Both the position numbers and the translations under genes were made by a program. Below, one piece after another: positions 1 through 7,943 of a stretch of DNA of 56,848 bases (its first letter is position 1; the number at the start of each line of letters is the position of its first letter). The stretch is from assembly GCA_964422755.1 (NCBI GenBank), contig CAYRCP010000001.1:1-56848 (forward strand). The letters run 5' to 3'. The notes under the pieces are model-generated. The model saw only the letters and a list, made by a program, of their open reading frames with translations. It was not told the DNA's origin and did no database searches. The DNA is from an uncultured Bacteriovoracaceae bacterium (GTDB lineage: Bacteria > Desulfobacterota > Desulfomonilia > UBA1062).

Positions 1-67
1 TGTTGGTAACCTTTGTAAGCGGGTACAGCCTTGTTCCAAGGCCGCCAGCGAGAACGACTCCTCTCAT
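1..67 (-). CDS. Sugar-1-phosphate nucleotidyltransferase (RmlA / glucose-1-phosphate thymidylyltransferase-like), 5' fragment; the rest of the gene lies left of the window
   Basis: Not in the ORF track because it is truncated. Reverse-strand translation from the ATG at 67-65 gives MRGVVLAGGLGTRLYPLTKVTN, the GxGTRL N-terminus typical of NTP-transferases. A GGAGGG Shine-Dalgarno (complement of 75-80) lies 7 nt upstream. Confidence 0.55.
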   Translation of the reverse strand, partial: MRGVVLAGGLGTRLYPLTKVTN

Positions 68-174
68 CGTATAACCCTCCAGGTAAAATCTTTTTTCTTC
101 GTGCCCATTATGGAATCTTGTCCCTTTTTCTCTGGTTGCAGATTCAATATTTTAGGTGTCTTTTTGTGACCCTG

Positions 175-918
175 CTAGTAATCAACCCCCAGGAGATAAA
201 GCCCTTGTGCCGGTGCCGTAGCCCCTGCACAGGACCTGTCTTTCTTTTCCAGAATTTTGCCCATCTCTTCGGGGCCAAGCGTTCCGTTGCCCATCAGCAG
301 CAGCGTACCTGCGATATTCCTTACCATATGACGCAGGAACCCGCTACCGTGTATGTAGAAGTACACCTTTTCTCCATGGGTAAAAACCTCTGATACCAGT
401 ATCCTTCTTTGGGTGGTTTTTACCGAGGAACCCGACCCCATGAAAGAGGTAAAATCATGCTCTCCCACTAAAGAACGGGCAGCCTGCTGCATTGCAGAAA
501 TATCAAGACGCACTTTCACAGGAACGGCATATCTTGCGAGAAACGGACTGAACATGGGTGATGTGTCAATTATATAGACATATTTTTTAGATTTCGCCAT
601 AAAACGCGCATGAAAATCCAGACCAACTTCCTCCACTGATATAATGGATATCTCACCGGGGAGTTTCGAATTCAATGCCCGCTTGAGACCGTGGGCAGGG
701 ATCGTTGAAAAGGTCTGCACATTGACCACCTGCCCGAGGGCATGAACCCCTGTATCGGTGCGGCCGGAGGCGTTGACCCGCGCCTTGTGCCCCAAGATTT
801 TCTCCAGCACCGATTCAAGCGTTTCCTGTACTGTCCTTACACCGGGCTGAAACTGCCAACCCATGAAACCGGCGCCGTCGTATGCAAGGATTATTTTGAA
901 GTTTTTCTTCTTAGGCAT
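175..918 (-). CDS. truA: tRNA pseudouridine(38-40) synthase TruA
   Basis: From ORF 175..960. Carries ILAYDGAGFMGWQFQ and the catalytic-Asp loop GRTDTGVHALGQV. Start trimmed to Met15 (MPKKKNFKI) because TruA proteins begin just before the YDG motif. Confidence 0.9.
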   Translation of the reverse strand: MPKKKNFKIILAYDGAGFMGWQFQPGVRTVQETLESVLEKILGHKARVNASGRTDTGVHALGQVVNVQTFSTIPAHGLKRALNSKLPGEISIISVEEVGLDFHARFMAKSKKYVYIIDTSPMFSPFLARYAVPVKVRLDISAMQQAARSLVGEHDFTSFMGSGSSVKTTQRRILVSEVFTHGEKVYFYIHGSGFLRHMVRNIAGTLLLMGNGTLGPEEMGKILEKKDRSCAGATAPAQGLYLLGVDY

Positions 919-968
919 CGTTTTTGCTATAGGATATATTAAAGAAAACAAAAGAGGCAAGGAGAATC

Positions 969-1325
969 ATGATATTATTTGAATTGAGGAGTTTTCGGCG
1001 CAGTTTTCACCAAATGCATATTACGTGCACGTTGGGCGAATTGTCTTTTCGGGGGATAACAAAAAATATTTCAAACAAGGGGTTCTGTCTGATCGTTCCT
1101 ACGCCGAGAATAAAGATGTCCCTGCTGGAGTTGCTGAACAAAGACGTAACCTTAGATATCGAAAATGTAATCATTGATGGATCGTTCAAGTGGTATACCA
1201 TAGAGGGAGATCGCTACTGCATCGGCATCAGCATCAACAAGTTGCACATTCCCACCTGGAAAAAAGTCCTCGATGCAACAAGCAGCCTCGTGGTAAGCCA
1301 GAGTATGAATCACGCACAGATATGA
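969..1325 (+). CDS. Stand-alone PilZ-domain protein (putative c-di-GMP receptor), 118 aa
   Basis: RSFRR (RxxxR) is followed about 20 aa later by NISNKG ((D/N)xSxxG), the two PilZ c-di-GMP-binding motifs. AAGGAG lies 4 nt upstream of the ATG. Confidence 0.6.
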   Translation: MILFELRSFRRSFHQMHITCTLGELSFRGITKNISNKGFCLIVPTPRIKMSLLELLNKDVTLDIENVIIDGSFKWYTIEGDRYCIGISINKLHIPTWKKVLDATSSLVVSQSMNHAQI

Positions 1326-1776
1326 CCCTGTACACCCCTTAACGAGAAGACGATAGAGTCCACCGACCCGGCACACATGAACGACCTCCCAGCAAGCTTC
1401 GGGGTAGAAAAGAATTCATAATCCAGTATTGACTAAAATAAGAACAGTGCCTCTTTGATTCTTCTCTGAAAGGGAAATCATGTTGTCACAGTCGATGATT
1501 ATCGTACGAATTTAGTAACCTTTCAGGATAATTTCCTAAAAATATACAAATTAATTATTTCCCCCAACGCGGGAGGTTGTATTGGCTGGCAGTATACTTG
1601 AATAGTTGAACTATTACAAAGTTCTATGTTTTTTTCTATAAACCTTTAGCTACCCAGCGACATTTCTTTCAGGGCATCTATCCACCTGAGTAGTTAGGTT
1701 TTTTTATTCCATTTTACAAAGCCACGCAAAAACCGGCAGGATCTTCGACAAGATTCGAAGGATTAACTAGGAAGGC

Positions 1777-3033
1777 TTAAAACAGTTCTTCTATGCTGAG
1801 TTCCCCCTGATTCATCTTTCCGAGACAAACCAGGGTCAGCTGATCTGACACAAAAATATCGTTTGCCAGAGCAATAATATCCTCCAGGCTCACGGCCTGG
1901 ATCTTTCCAAGCACCTCATCCACGCTGACCTCTCTATGGTAGTACATCTCGTTCTTGGCCAGAGAAGACATTCTGCTGATGGTACTCTCTCTTGAAAGAA
2001 GGAGGTTTCCCTTGATCTGCGTCTTTATATCCTCGATGCTCTCGCCTTTCAGATCACCGGCTTTGAGTCTTTTCATCTGCGTGCCGATTACCTCAAGGGT
2101 CTTGTGGATAGTATCGGGCGTACTGGCTGCATACATTGCCAGAACTCCGCGATCTCGATACGAGCTCATATAGGAATATATGGAGTAGACCAGACCGAGC
2201 TTCTCCCGTGCCTCCTGGAAAAGCATGGAACTCATTGATCCGCCCAGCATGGTGTTGAGCACAATATAGGTCCACCGACGCTCGTCGTTCATGCCTGCGC
2301 CTGCGGCCCCCAGGGTAATATGCACCTGCTCGATGTCTTTGTAATAAAACTTCGTACTTCCCCGGGCAGGCGGGGGGGCATCGACTGATGAGTCCCGACT
2401 GGTTGTACCGAGGTTATCGAAGCGGCGTGCTATCAGATCCACGAGCCGCGAATGATCCACATTCCCCACCGCGGAAATGACAATGTCAGCTGGCGCATAA
2501 AATTGGTCAATAAACCCGGTTACATGTTCTCTTTTGAATGCGCTGACACTATCCGCCGAACCGAGGATCGAGGTTCCCAGCGAAGATTTTTCGAAAAAAG
2601 CCTCGGCAAAGAGATCCGTGATGTAATCATCAGGGGTGTCCTCGGTCATGCCGATCTCCTGAAGAACGACCCTCTTTTCCTTTTCCAGCTCTTCGGGATC
2701 AATGGAGGAATGCAAAAACAGATCAAAGAGGATATCGCCTGCCTTTTCGAGGTGTTCGTCAAGTACCTTTACATAATAGACCGTATATTCCTTGGATGTC
2801 TGGGCATTCATCAGCCCGCCTAAGGCATCGATCTCACGCGCTATCTGGCTCGCACTCCTTTGAGGCGTACCCTTGAACATCATATGTTCGGTAAAATGAG
2901 CGATACCGGTTTGATCGGTGGGATCCTGCCTTGACCCGGCATTCACCCAGACGCCCAGAGATACGGAACGTATCCCGGGCATAGTCTCGGTAACAATACG
3001 GACGCCGTTATCAAGTACAGAGGAAATAACCAT
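1777..3033 (-). CDS. M16 (pitrilysin/insulinase) family zinc peptidase
   Basis: 418 aa. Has the inverted zinc motif HFTEH (HxxEH) near the N-terminus. Its position downstream of pnp is conserved in many bacteria. Confidence 0.85.
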   Translation of the reverse strand: MVISSVLDNGVRIVTETMPGIRSVSLGVWVNAGSRQDPTDQTGIAHFTEHMMFKGTPQRSASQIAREIDALGGLMNAQTSKEYTVYYVKVLDEHLEKAGDILFDLFLHSSIDPEELEKEKRVVLQEIGMTEDTPDDYITDLFAEAFFEKSSLGTSILGSADSVSAFKREHVTGFIDQFYAPADIVISAVGNVDHSRLVDLIARRFDNLGTTSRDSSVDAPPPARGSTKFYYKDIEQVHITLGAAGAGMNDERRWTYIVLNTMLGGSMSSMLFQEAREKLGLVYSIYSYMSSYRDRGVLAMYAASTPDTIHKTLEVIGTQMKRLKAGDLKGESIEDIKTQIKGNLLLSRESTISRMSSLAKNEMYYHREVSVDEVLGKIQAVSLEDIIALANDIFVSDQLTLVCLGKMNQGELSIEELF

Positions 3034-3039
3034 TCAATA

Positions 3040-5127
3040 TCAACGAACGGTCTCGTTGAGTGCCTCTTTACGGCTGAGTCGAACCTTCCCTGTTTTAGGG
3101 TCTATTCCAATGACCTTCACCAGGATCTCATCGCCTTCCTGAACCACGTCCCTGACGCTCTGGACCCGTTCGTTTGCGAGCTGAGAAATATGCACAAGCC
3201 CCGAGTCTCCTGACGGGAAATCAACGAATGCACCGAAATCCATTATCTTGGCGACCTTGCCGCTGTAGACACGACCAAGCTCGAGTTCCTCGGTAAGGAT
3301 ATTGATCATATCCACCGCCATCTTGGCATGATCATCATCCGGGGAAAAGATATCAACCCTTCCGGAATCATCGATCTCGATCTTGGTATCGGTCTTAGTG
3401 GTTATTTCTTTGATCATCTTGCCGCCCGGGCCGATAATATCTCGGATTTTATCCGGGTTGACCTGCAAGGTAAATATCCTCGGAGCGTATGGTGATATCT
3501 CCGGTTTCGGAGCACTGATTCTTTCATTCATGGTCTGCAGAATCGAAAGTCTGGCAATTCTCGCCTTCTCAAGCGCATCGCAGAGCACTTCTTTCGGCAA
3601 CCCGGAAATCTTGATATCCATCTGGAGGGCGTTCACCCCGTCAGCGGTTCCTGCCACCTTGAAATCCATATCGCCCAGGTGATCTTCATCACCCAGGATA
3701 TCCGTGAGAATCATGTACTCGTCTTCTTCTTTGATGAGCCCCATGGCAATACCGGCCACGGGTTTCTTTAAGGGGACGCCTGCATCCATCAAAGACATGG
3801 AGCCACCGCATACGGTCGCCATGGAGGAAGACCCATTGGATTCGAGAATCTCCGAGACGAGGCGGATGGTGTACGGAAAGGTCCCTTCATCGGGAAAAAC
3901 CTGGCTCAAAGCCCTCTCTGCAAGATTTCCATGACCAATCTCTCTTCTGCTTGGCCCCCTGAGCATCCTCACCTCTCCAACACTGAAGGGGGGGAATGAA
4001 TAGTGCAGCATGAATGACTTTGTAGTCTCTCCGAGAAGTGTCTCTACCCGCTGTTCATCTCGCGGTGTCCCAAGCGTTGTTGTGGCAAGGGCCTGGGTTT
4101 CCCCCCTGGTGAACAGGGCCGATCCGTGTGTCCTCGGCAGAATACCCACCTTGCAGTCAATATGCCTGATTTCATCAAACGCCCTTCCGTCGATACGGAT
4201 CTTTTTCTCTCGCATAATCCGGCGCAGCGTTTCCTTTTCCACCTTGGCAAGAAACATCTTTACCAGTGCCTGTTTCTCATCGGACTCGCCAGTGAACCGT
4301 TCAATCGTCTCTGCATAAACCTGATCGATGAGTTCCTGCCTGACATGTTTTGTATGAGAACCAGCGATGATTTCCTCGAACCGTGGCTCGGTCAAGGATT
4401 TTACCTCAGCATAAAGCTCCGGGTCTTCCGGGATCGCAGCAACTGCAATCTTTTCTTTTCCCGCGACTTCTCTGAGCTCTTCAATTGCCTCAATAACTTC
4501 CAGAATGCGGGTGTGAGCAAAGGATATACCGTCAATAATCGTCTGTTCGGGAAGTTCTTTTGCCTCGCCTTCCACCATGACTATCGCATCTTTTGTGCCG
4601 ACAACGAGTAATTCCATCTGGCTGTTTTCCAGCTGTGCCACCGACGGATCTATAACAAATTCTCCATCAATCAGCCCCACTCGCGCCCCGCCTATAGGAC
4701 CATCAAACGGAATGTTCGAGATATGCAACGCCGCCGATGCGCCATTTATGGCCATAACATCAGGCGTGCTCTCGGGGTCTGCAGAGAGAACCATGGCAAT
4801 TACCTGGATCTCGTTATGATACCCTTTCGGGAATAACGGCCGAATCGGCCTGTCAATGCATCGTGCGGTGAGAATCTCTTGCGTACCCGGTCTGCCGTCT
4901 CTCTTTATGAAACCGCCTTTGATCCTGCCTGCCGCATAGCTCATTTCCTGGTATTCAACAACGAGGGGAAGAAAATCGATTCCTTTACGTTCTTCCTTTG
5001 ATGTTGTGGCAGTAACAAGAACAACACTATCCCCTTGGTAAACAAGGACAGATCCACCTGCTTGCCGAGCAACGTCGCCCGTTGAAAAGAAGAGCGGTTT
5101 GCCCGTGCCTTTTACTTCTATTTTCAT
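3040..5127 (-). CDS. pnp: Polyribonucleotide nucleotidyltransferase (PNPase)
   Basis: 695 aa. Contains duplicated RNase PH regions, a KH region (IRDIIGPGGKMIKEI) and a C-terminal S1 domain (GRVYSGKVAKIMDFGAFVDF). Located directly downstream of rpsO. Confidence 0.97.
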   Translation of the reverse strand: MKIEVKGTGKPLFFSTGDVARQAGGSVLVYQGDSVVLVTATTSKEERKGIDFLPLVVEYQEMSYAAGRIKGGFIKRDGRPGTQEILTARCIDRPIRPLFPKGYHNEIQVIAMVLSADPESTPDVMAINGASAALHISNIPFDGPIGGARVGLIDGEFVIDPSVAQLENSQMELLVVGTKDAIVMVEGEAKELPEQTIIDGISFAHTRILEVIEAIEELREVAGKEKIAVAAIPEDPELYAEVKSLTEPRFEEIIAGSHTKHVRQELIDQVYAETIERFTGESDEKQALVKMFLAKVEKETLRRIMREKKIRIDGRAFDEIRHIDCKVGILPRTHGSALFTRGETQALATTTLGTPRDEQRVETLLGETTKSFMLHYSFPPFSVGEVRMLRGPSRREIGHGNLAERALSQVFPDEGTFPYTIRLVSEILESNGSSSMATVCGGSMSLMDAGVPLKKPVAGIAMGLIKEEDEYMILTDILGDEDHLGDMDFKVAGTADGVNALQMDIKISGLPKEVLCDALEKARIARLSILQTMNERISAPKPEISPYAPRIFTLQVNPDKIRDIIGPGGKMIKEITTKTDTKIEIDDSGRVDIFSPDDDHAKMAVDMINILTEELELGRVYSGKVAKIMDFGAFVDFPSGDSGLVHISQLANERVQSVRDVVQEGDEILVKVIGIDPKTGKVRLSRKEALNETVR

Positions 5128-5135
5128 ATAATTAC

Positions 5136-5405
5136 CTACTTTCTGAGATTGAGTTCCTGCAATAACTCACGGTACCGCTTGATGTCCTGGTCCTTAATGT
5201 AGTTAAGCAGTCTTCTCCTCTGACCAACCAGCATCAAAAGACCGCGCCTGGAATGATGGTCCTTCTTGTGGATCTTGAAATGCTCGGTTAGTTCACTGAT
5301 TCTTTTTGTCAAGATAGCTACCTGTACATCCGGAGATCCGGTATCACTATCGTGTCGTTTAAATTCATCTATAATCTCTTTCTTTTTATCAACACTTAAA
5401 CCCAC
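5136..5405 (-). CDS. rpsO: 30S ribosomal protein S15
   Basis: 89 aa with typical S15 sequence ([35 protein letters not shown]). GTG start preceded by AGGAGG. Confidence 0.95.
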   Translation of the reverse strand: MGLSVDKKKEIIDEFKRHDSDTGSPDVQVAILTKRISELTEHFKIHKKDHHSRRGLLMLVGQRRRLLNYIKDQDIKRYRELLQELNLRK

Positions 5406-5486
5406 TTCGTTTTCCTCCTAGTCAAACTTGCTCCTATTTCTTCTTGTGCATTATCGGTTGTTAGCACACCCACAGATCTGCTGTAA

Positions 5487-5516
5487 ATAGCTAATACGGT
5501 CATAGCTAATACGGTC
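5487..5516. repeat. Perfect 15-bp tandem duplication (ATAGCTAATACGGTC x2) spanning the truB stop codon
   Basis: Read directly from the sequence: 5487-5501 is identical to 5502-5516. The truB stop codon (complement of 5506-5508) lies in the second plus-strand copy. Confidence 0.95.
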
Positions 5517-6408
5517 GAAATCCTCGTTCGATATACCCCCAGATGCCACCTCGCTGCTGTGCCTTGGCCACGCATAGCAACTGCATGTCCGTATTGAGCA
5601 TTGCAACATAACTCCCCTCTTTGGCATCAACCTCATCGAGAAGCCAGGAGACCTGTATGGGGTTGCCGTCGAGAATCCCGGTCTCTCCCGTGCGTGTAAC
5701 CCGCACCTTCGGTATATACAGTGACCCGGAAAGCGATATCACTGACTCTTCCGGCCGCTGCTCTTTATCTGCCAAAACCTCGAGCGTCATGGCATCGTCT
5801 ATATGAAATCCCTCGCTCCTGATCCTTCTCAGCTCTCGTAAATAGCCGCCATAGCCCAGATAAGCGCCCAGATCCCGAGCTATGGAGCGTATGTATGTGC
5901 CGCGTGAACACACGACCCGCACGTTGATCCAATCCGGTCCACTCTCAAGGATATCCACCTCTTCGATGTGTACCTGCTTTGGCCTGGGGTTCACTTCTTT
6001 GTTTGCTCTCGCCAGCTTATACAAGGGCTTTCCGTTCAGTTTTTGGGCACAATACACGGGGGGGGTTTGATCGACCCAGCCCCTGTTTTCCTCGAACCAT
6101 GCCCTTGCCGAATCAATATCGATGGAAACATCGCTGAAGCGCTCGAGAGGCGTGCCGGTTATGTCGTCGGTATCGGTGGACATGTCAAACCCTATGGTTG
6201 CTACATACTCCTTTTGATGCCCATTCATAAACGGCAGGAGCTTTGTGCCCTGTCCCACGCCAATGCACAACAGTCCGGTTGCAAACGGATCAAGCGTTCC
6301 AAAATGACCAGCTCTCTTTACCTTGAGAATCGCCATTACCCGATCCACGACCTTTCGGGACGTGATATCCTTTGGCTTATCGATAAGAACTACCCCTTGT
6401 TTACCCAC
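5506..6408 (-). CDS. truB: tRNA pseudouridine(55) synthase TruB
   Basis: 300 aa. Has the catalytic motif GHFGTLDPFATGLL and a C-terminal PUA-like region. Sits in the conserved rbfA-truB-rpsO order. Confidence 0.95.
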   Translation of the reverse strand: MGKQGVVLIDKPKDITSRKVVDRVMAILKVKRAGHFGTLDPFATGLLCIGVGQGTKLLPFMNGHQKEYVATIGFDMSTDTDDITGTPLERFSDVSIDIDSARAWFEENRGWVDQTPPVYCAQKLNGKPLYKLARANKEVNPRPKQVHIEEVDILESGPDWINVRVVCSRGTYIRSIARDLGAYLGYGGYLRELRRIRSEGFHIDDAMTLEVLADKEQRPEESVISLSGSLYIPKVRVTRTGETGILDGNPIQVSWLLDEVDAKEGSYVAMLNTDMQLLCVAKAQQRGGIWGYIERGFRPY

Positions 6409-7319
6409 TTTGATCCTTCCTCAATCACTTCGTCGATGAATTCGCAGGCTCTTCCCTTCAGGGTGATCCCCGCTGCCCGTTCATGCCCGCCGCCCCCAAA
6501 GGCTTTTGCGGTTCTCAGGGCCGAATCCGTGGTTTTGCTCCTCATGGAACAATGCACGGTGTCGGGATTAAGCTCCTTGAGAAAAATGACGAGCTCGGCC
6601 CCTGCCAATGAGGCCATCTCTTCAACAATCCCTGCAGCATCATCAGGCTTTGCCTTGATCTTGTTGAGTTCCTGAAGGCTGATATAGCTGCCATAGACTC
6701 TCCCGGACATGTTCATCCGCTCCATGACAATACCCAAAACCTGGTAGTATACTATGGACCTGGTCCTGCGAACTTTATAGGCGATACTGTTGGGATCTGC
6801 GCCTGCTTTTGTCAGCTCATAGGCGACCTTGAACACTCGTGGGGTGGTATTTGCGTGAATAAAACCACCGGTATCACCAAAAAGCCCCAGATACAGATTC
6901 GTCGCTATTGCCGGGGTAATTTCCACATCCAGTGCGTGCAGCAGATCATATACCATTTCAGCGGCCGATGATTTGCGGGAATCTATCCAGCACGTCTTTC
7001 CAACTTTATTGTCTGTCTTGTGATGGTCCACGACAATGATCTCGCCGCGAGGATGAATACCTCCCAGCATCTTCATATCGGAAACATCCACCAGAATGGA
7101 TATTTGGGGGTTCACATTCTTTTGCACCTTCGGCGCAGGGGTAAAGAGTAATGAAGAAGATATACGGCTGGGATATACAAGCTTCACATTCTTACCCATA
7201 GAGAGCAGACCAAAGGCCAGAGCCCTGGTGGAACCAACGGCGTCCTCATCCGGACCTTCATGGGTAATAATCTCAAAGCTCTCGTTGTTTCTGAGAGCAT
7301 CAACTATCTGGTTTTTCAT
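6390..7319 (-). CDS. DHH/DHHA1 family phosphoesterase (NrnA-like oligoribonuclease / pAp phosphatase)
   Basis: 309 aa. Contains HEGPDEDAVGS, the DHH motif (VVDHHKT) and the DHHA1 motif GGGGHERAAG. Confidence 0.8.
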   Translation of the reverse strand: MKNQIVDALRNNESFEIITHEGPDEDAVGSTRALAFGLLSMGKNVKLVYPSRISSSLLFTPAPKVQKNVNPQISILVDVSDMKMLGGIHPRGEIIVVDHHKTDNKVGKTCWIDSRKSSAAEMVYDLLHALDVEITPAIATNLYLGLFGDTGGFIHANTTPRVFKVAYELTKAGADPNSIAYKVRRTRSIVYYQVLGIVMERMNMSGRVYGSYISLQELNKIKAKPDDAAGIVEEMASLAGAELVIFLKELNPDTVHCSMRSKTTDSALRTAKAFGGGGHERAAGITLKGRACEFIDEVIEEGSKWVNKG

Positions 7320-7662
7320 CTTTTCCTATGTCGTCCAAAATCACGTCAATCTTCGATCCATAATCAAAGGAAGCATCATAGACAAATGAAAGGGCAGGTA
7401 CGTTCTTCAGGCTCAGGACCTTGCGCAGTTCATGTCTGAGATACCCTGCGGAACTGTCAAGTCCATGTTGTGCCTCATCTTTCTTCTCGTAATCCAGCAT
7501 GCAGTAATATACTCGACCAACCTTTAAATCCATGCTCACATCGACGCCGGTGATCGTTACTCCCTCTACCCTCGGGTCCTTGACCCTTCGCTGGAGAAGC
7601 TCGGCAATGGTCTCCATGAGGAGATCACCCACCCGGGCCTGTCTCTTTGTTACCAGTTTCAT
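7300..7662 (-). CDS. rbfA: Ribosome-binding factor A
   Basis: 120 aa. Has an RbfA-like N-terminus (RVGDLLMETIAELLQRRVKDPRV) and the conserved position after infB. Confidence 0.9.
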   Translation of the reverse strand: MKLVTKRQARVGDLLMETIAELLQRRVKDPRVEGVTITGVDVSMDLKVGRVYYCMLDYEKKDEAQHGLDSSAGYLRHELRKVLSLKNVPALSFVYDASFDYGSKIDVILDDIGKDEKPDS

Positions 7663-7943
7663 ATGTGCATAATCTCCACTTTGCTGTGAATAATCTCCAC
7701 TGCAGGAAGCTCGCTGAATGATTGTGCTATCTTGTCAATGGCTGAATTCACATATACCGCATCATTACTCACCAGAGCGATGCCGATCGTGGCGGCCTGC
7801 CACTTATCCTGATCATCGACCTCTGCAATGGAAATATTCATCTTTGAAAATCGATCTTTAATGGATTTCAAGACCTTACGCTTCTCTTTCAGCGATTGCG
7901 ACCCTGATACCTTCAATCTTACTTCAAAGGCCCCGATTACCAC
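7659..7943 (-). CDS. DUF503 (YlxP-like) protein
   Basis: 94 aa. Sequence pattern LKVSGSQSLKEKRKVLKSIKDRF. Position between infB and rbfA matches B. subtilis ylxP. Confidence 0.8.
   Translation of the reverse strand: MVIGAFEVRLKVSGSQSLKEKRKVLKSIKDRFSKMNISIAEVDDQDKWQAATIGIALVSNDAVYVNSAIDKIAQSFSELPAVEIIHSKVEIMHI

Noticed and set aside
31-393. 120-aa plus-strand ORF at the left edge.
   Set aside because: It overlaps the truA 3' end and the RmlA-like 5' fragment on the opposite strand, and its sequence is not protein-like. The minus-strand reading, with its GxGTRL motif and Shine-Dalgarno, explains the region better.
1715-1745. ACGCAAAAACC resembles part of the c-di-GMP-I (GEMM-I) riboswitch core, and it lies near a PilZ gene.
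   Set aside because: It is an isolated short match. The other conserved GEMM-I elements are absent and no downstream gene is in the correct orientation.
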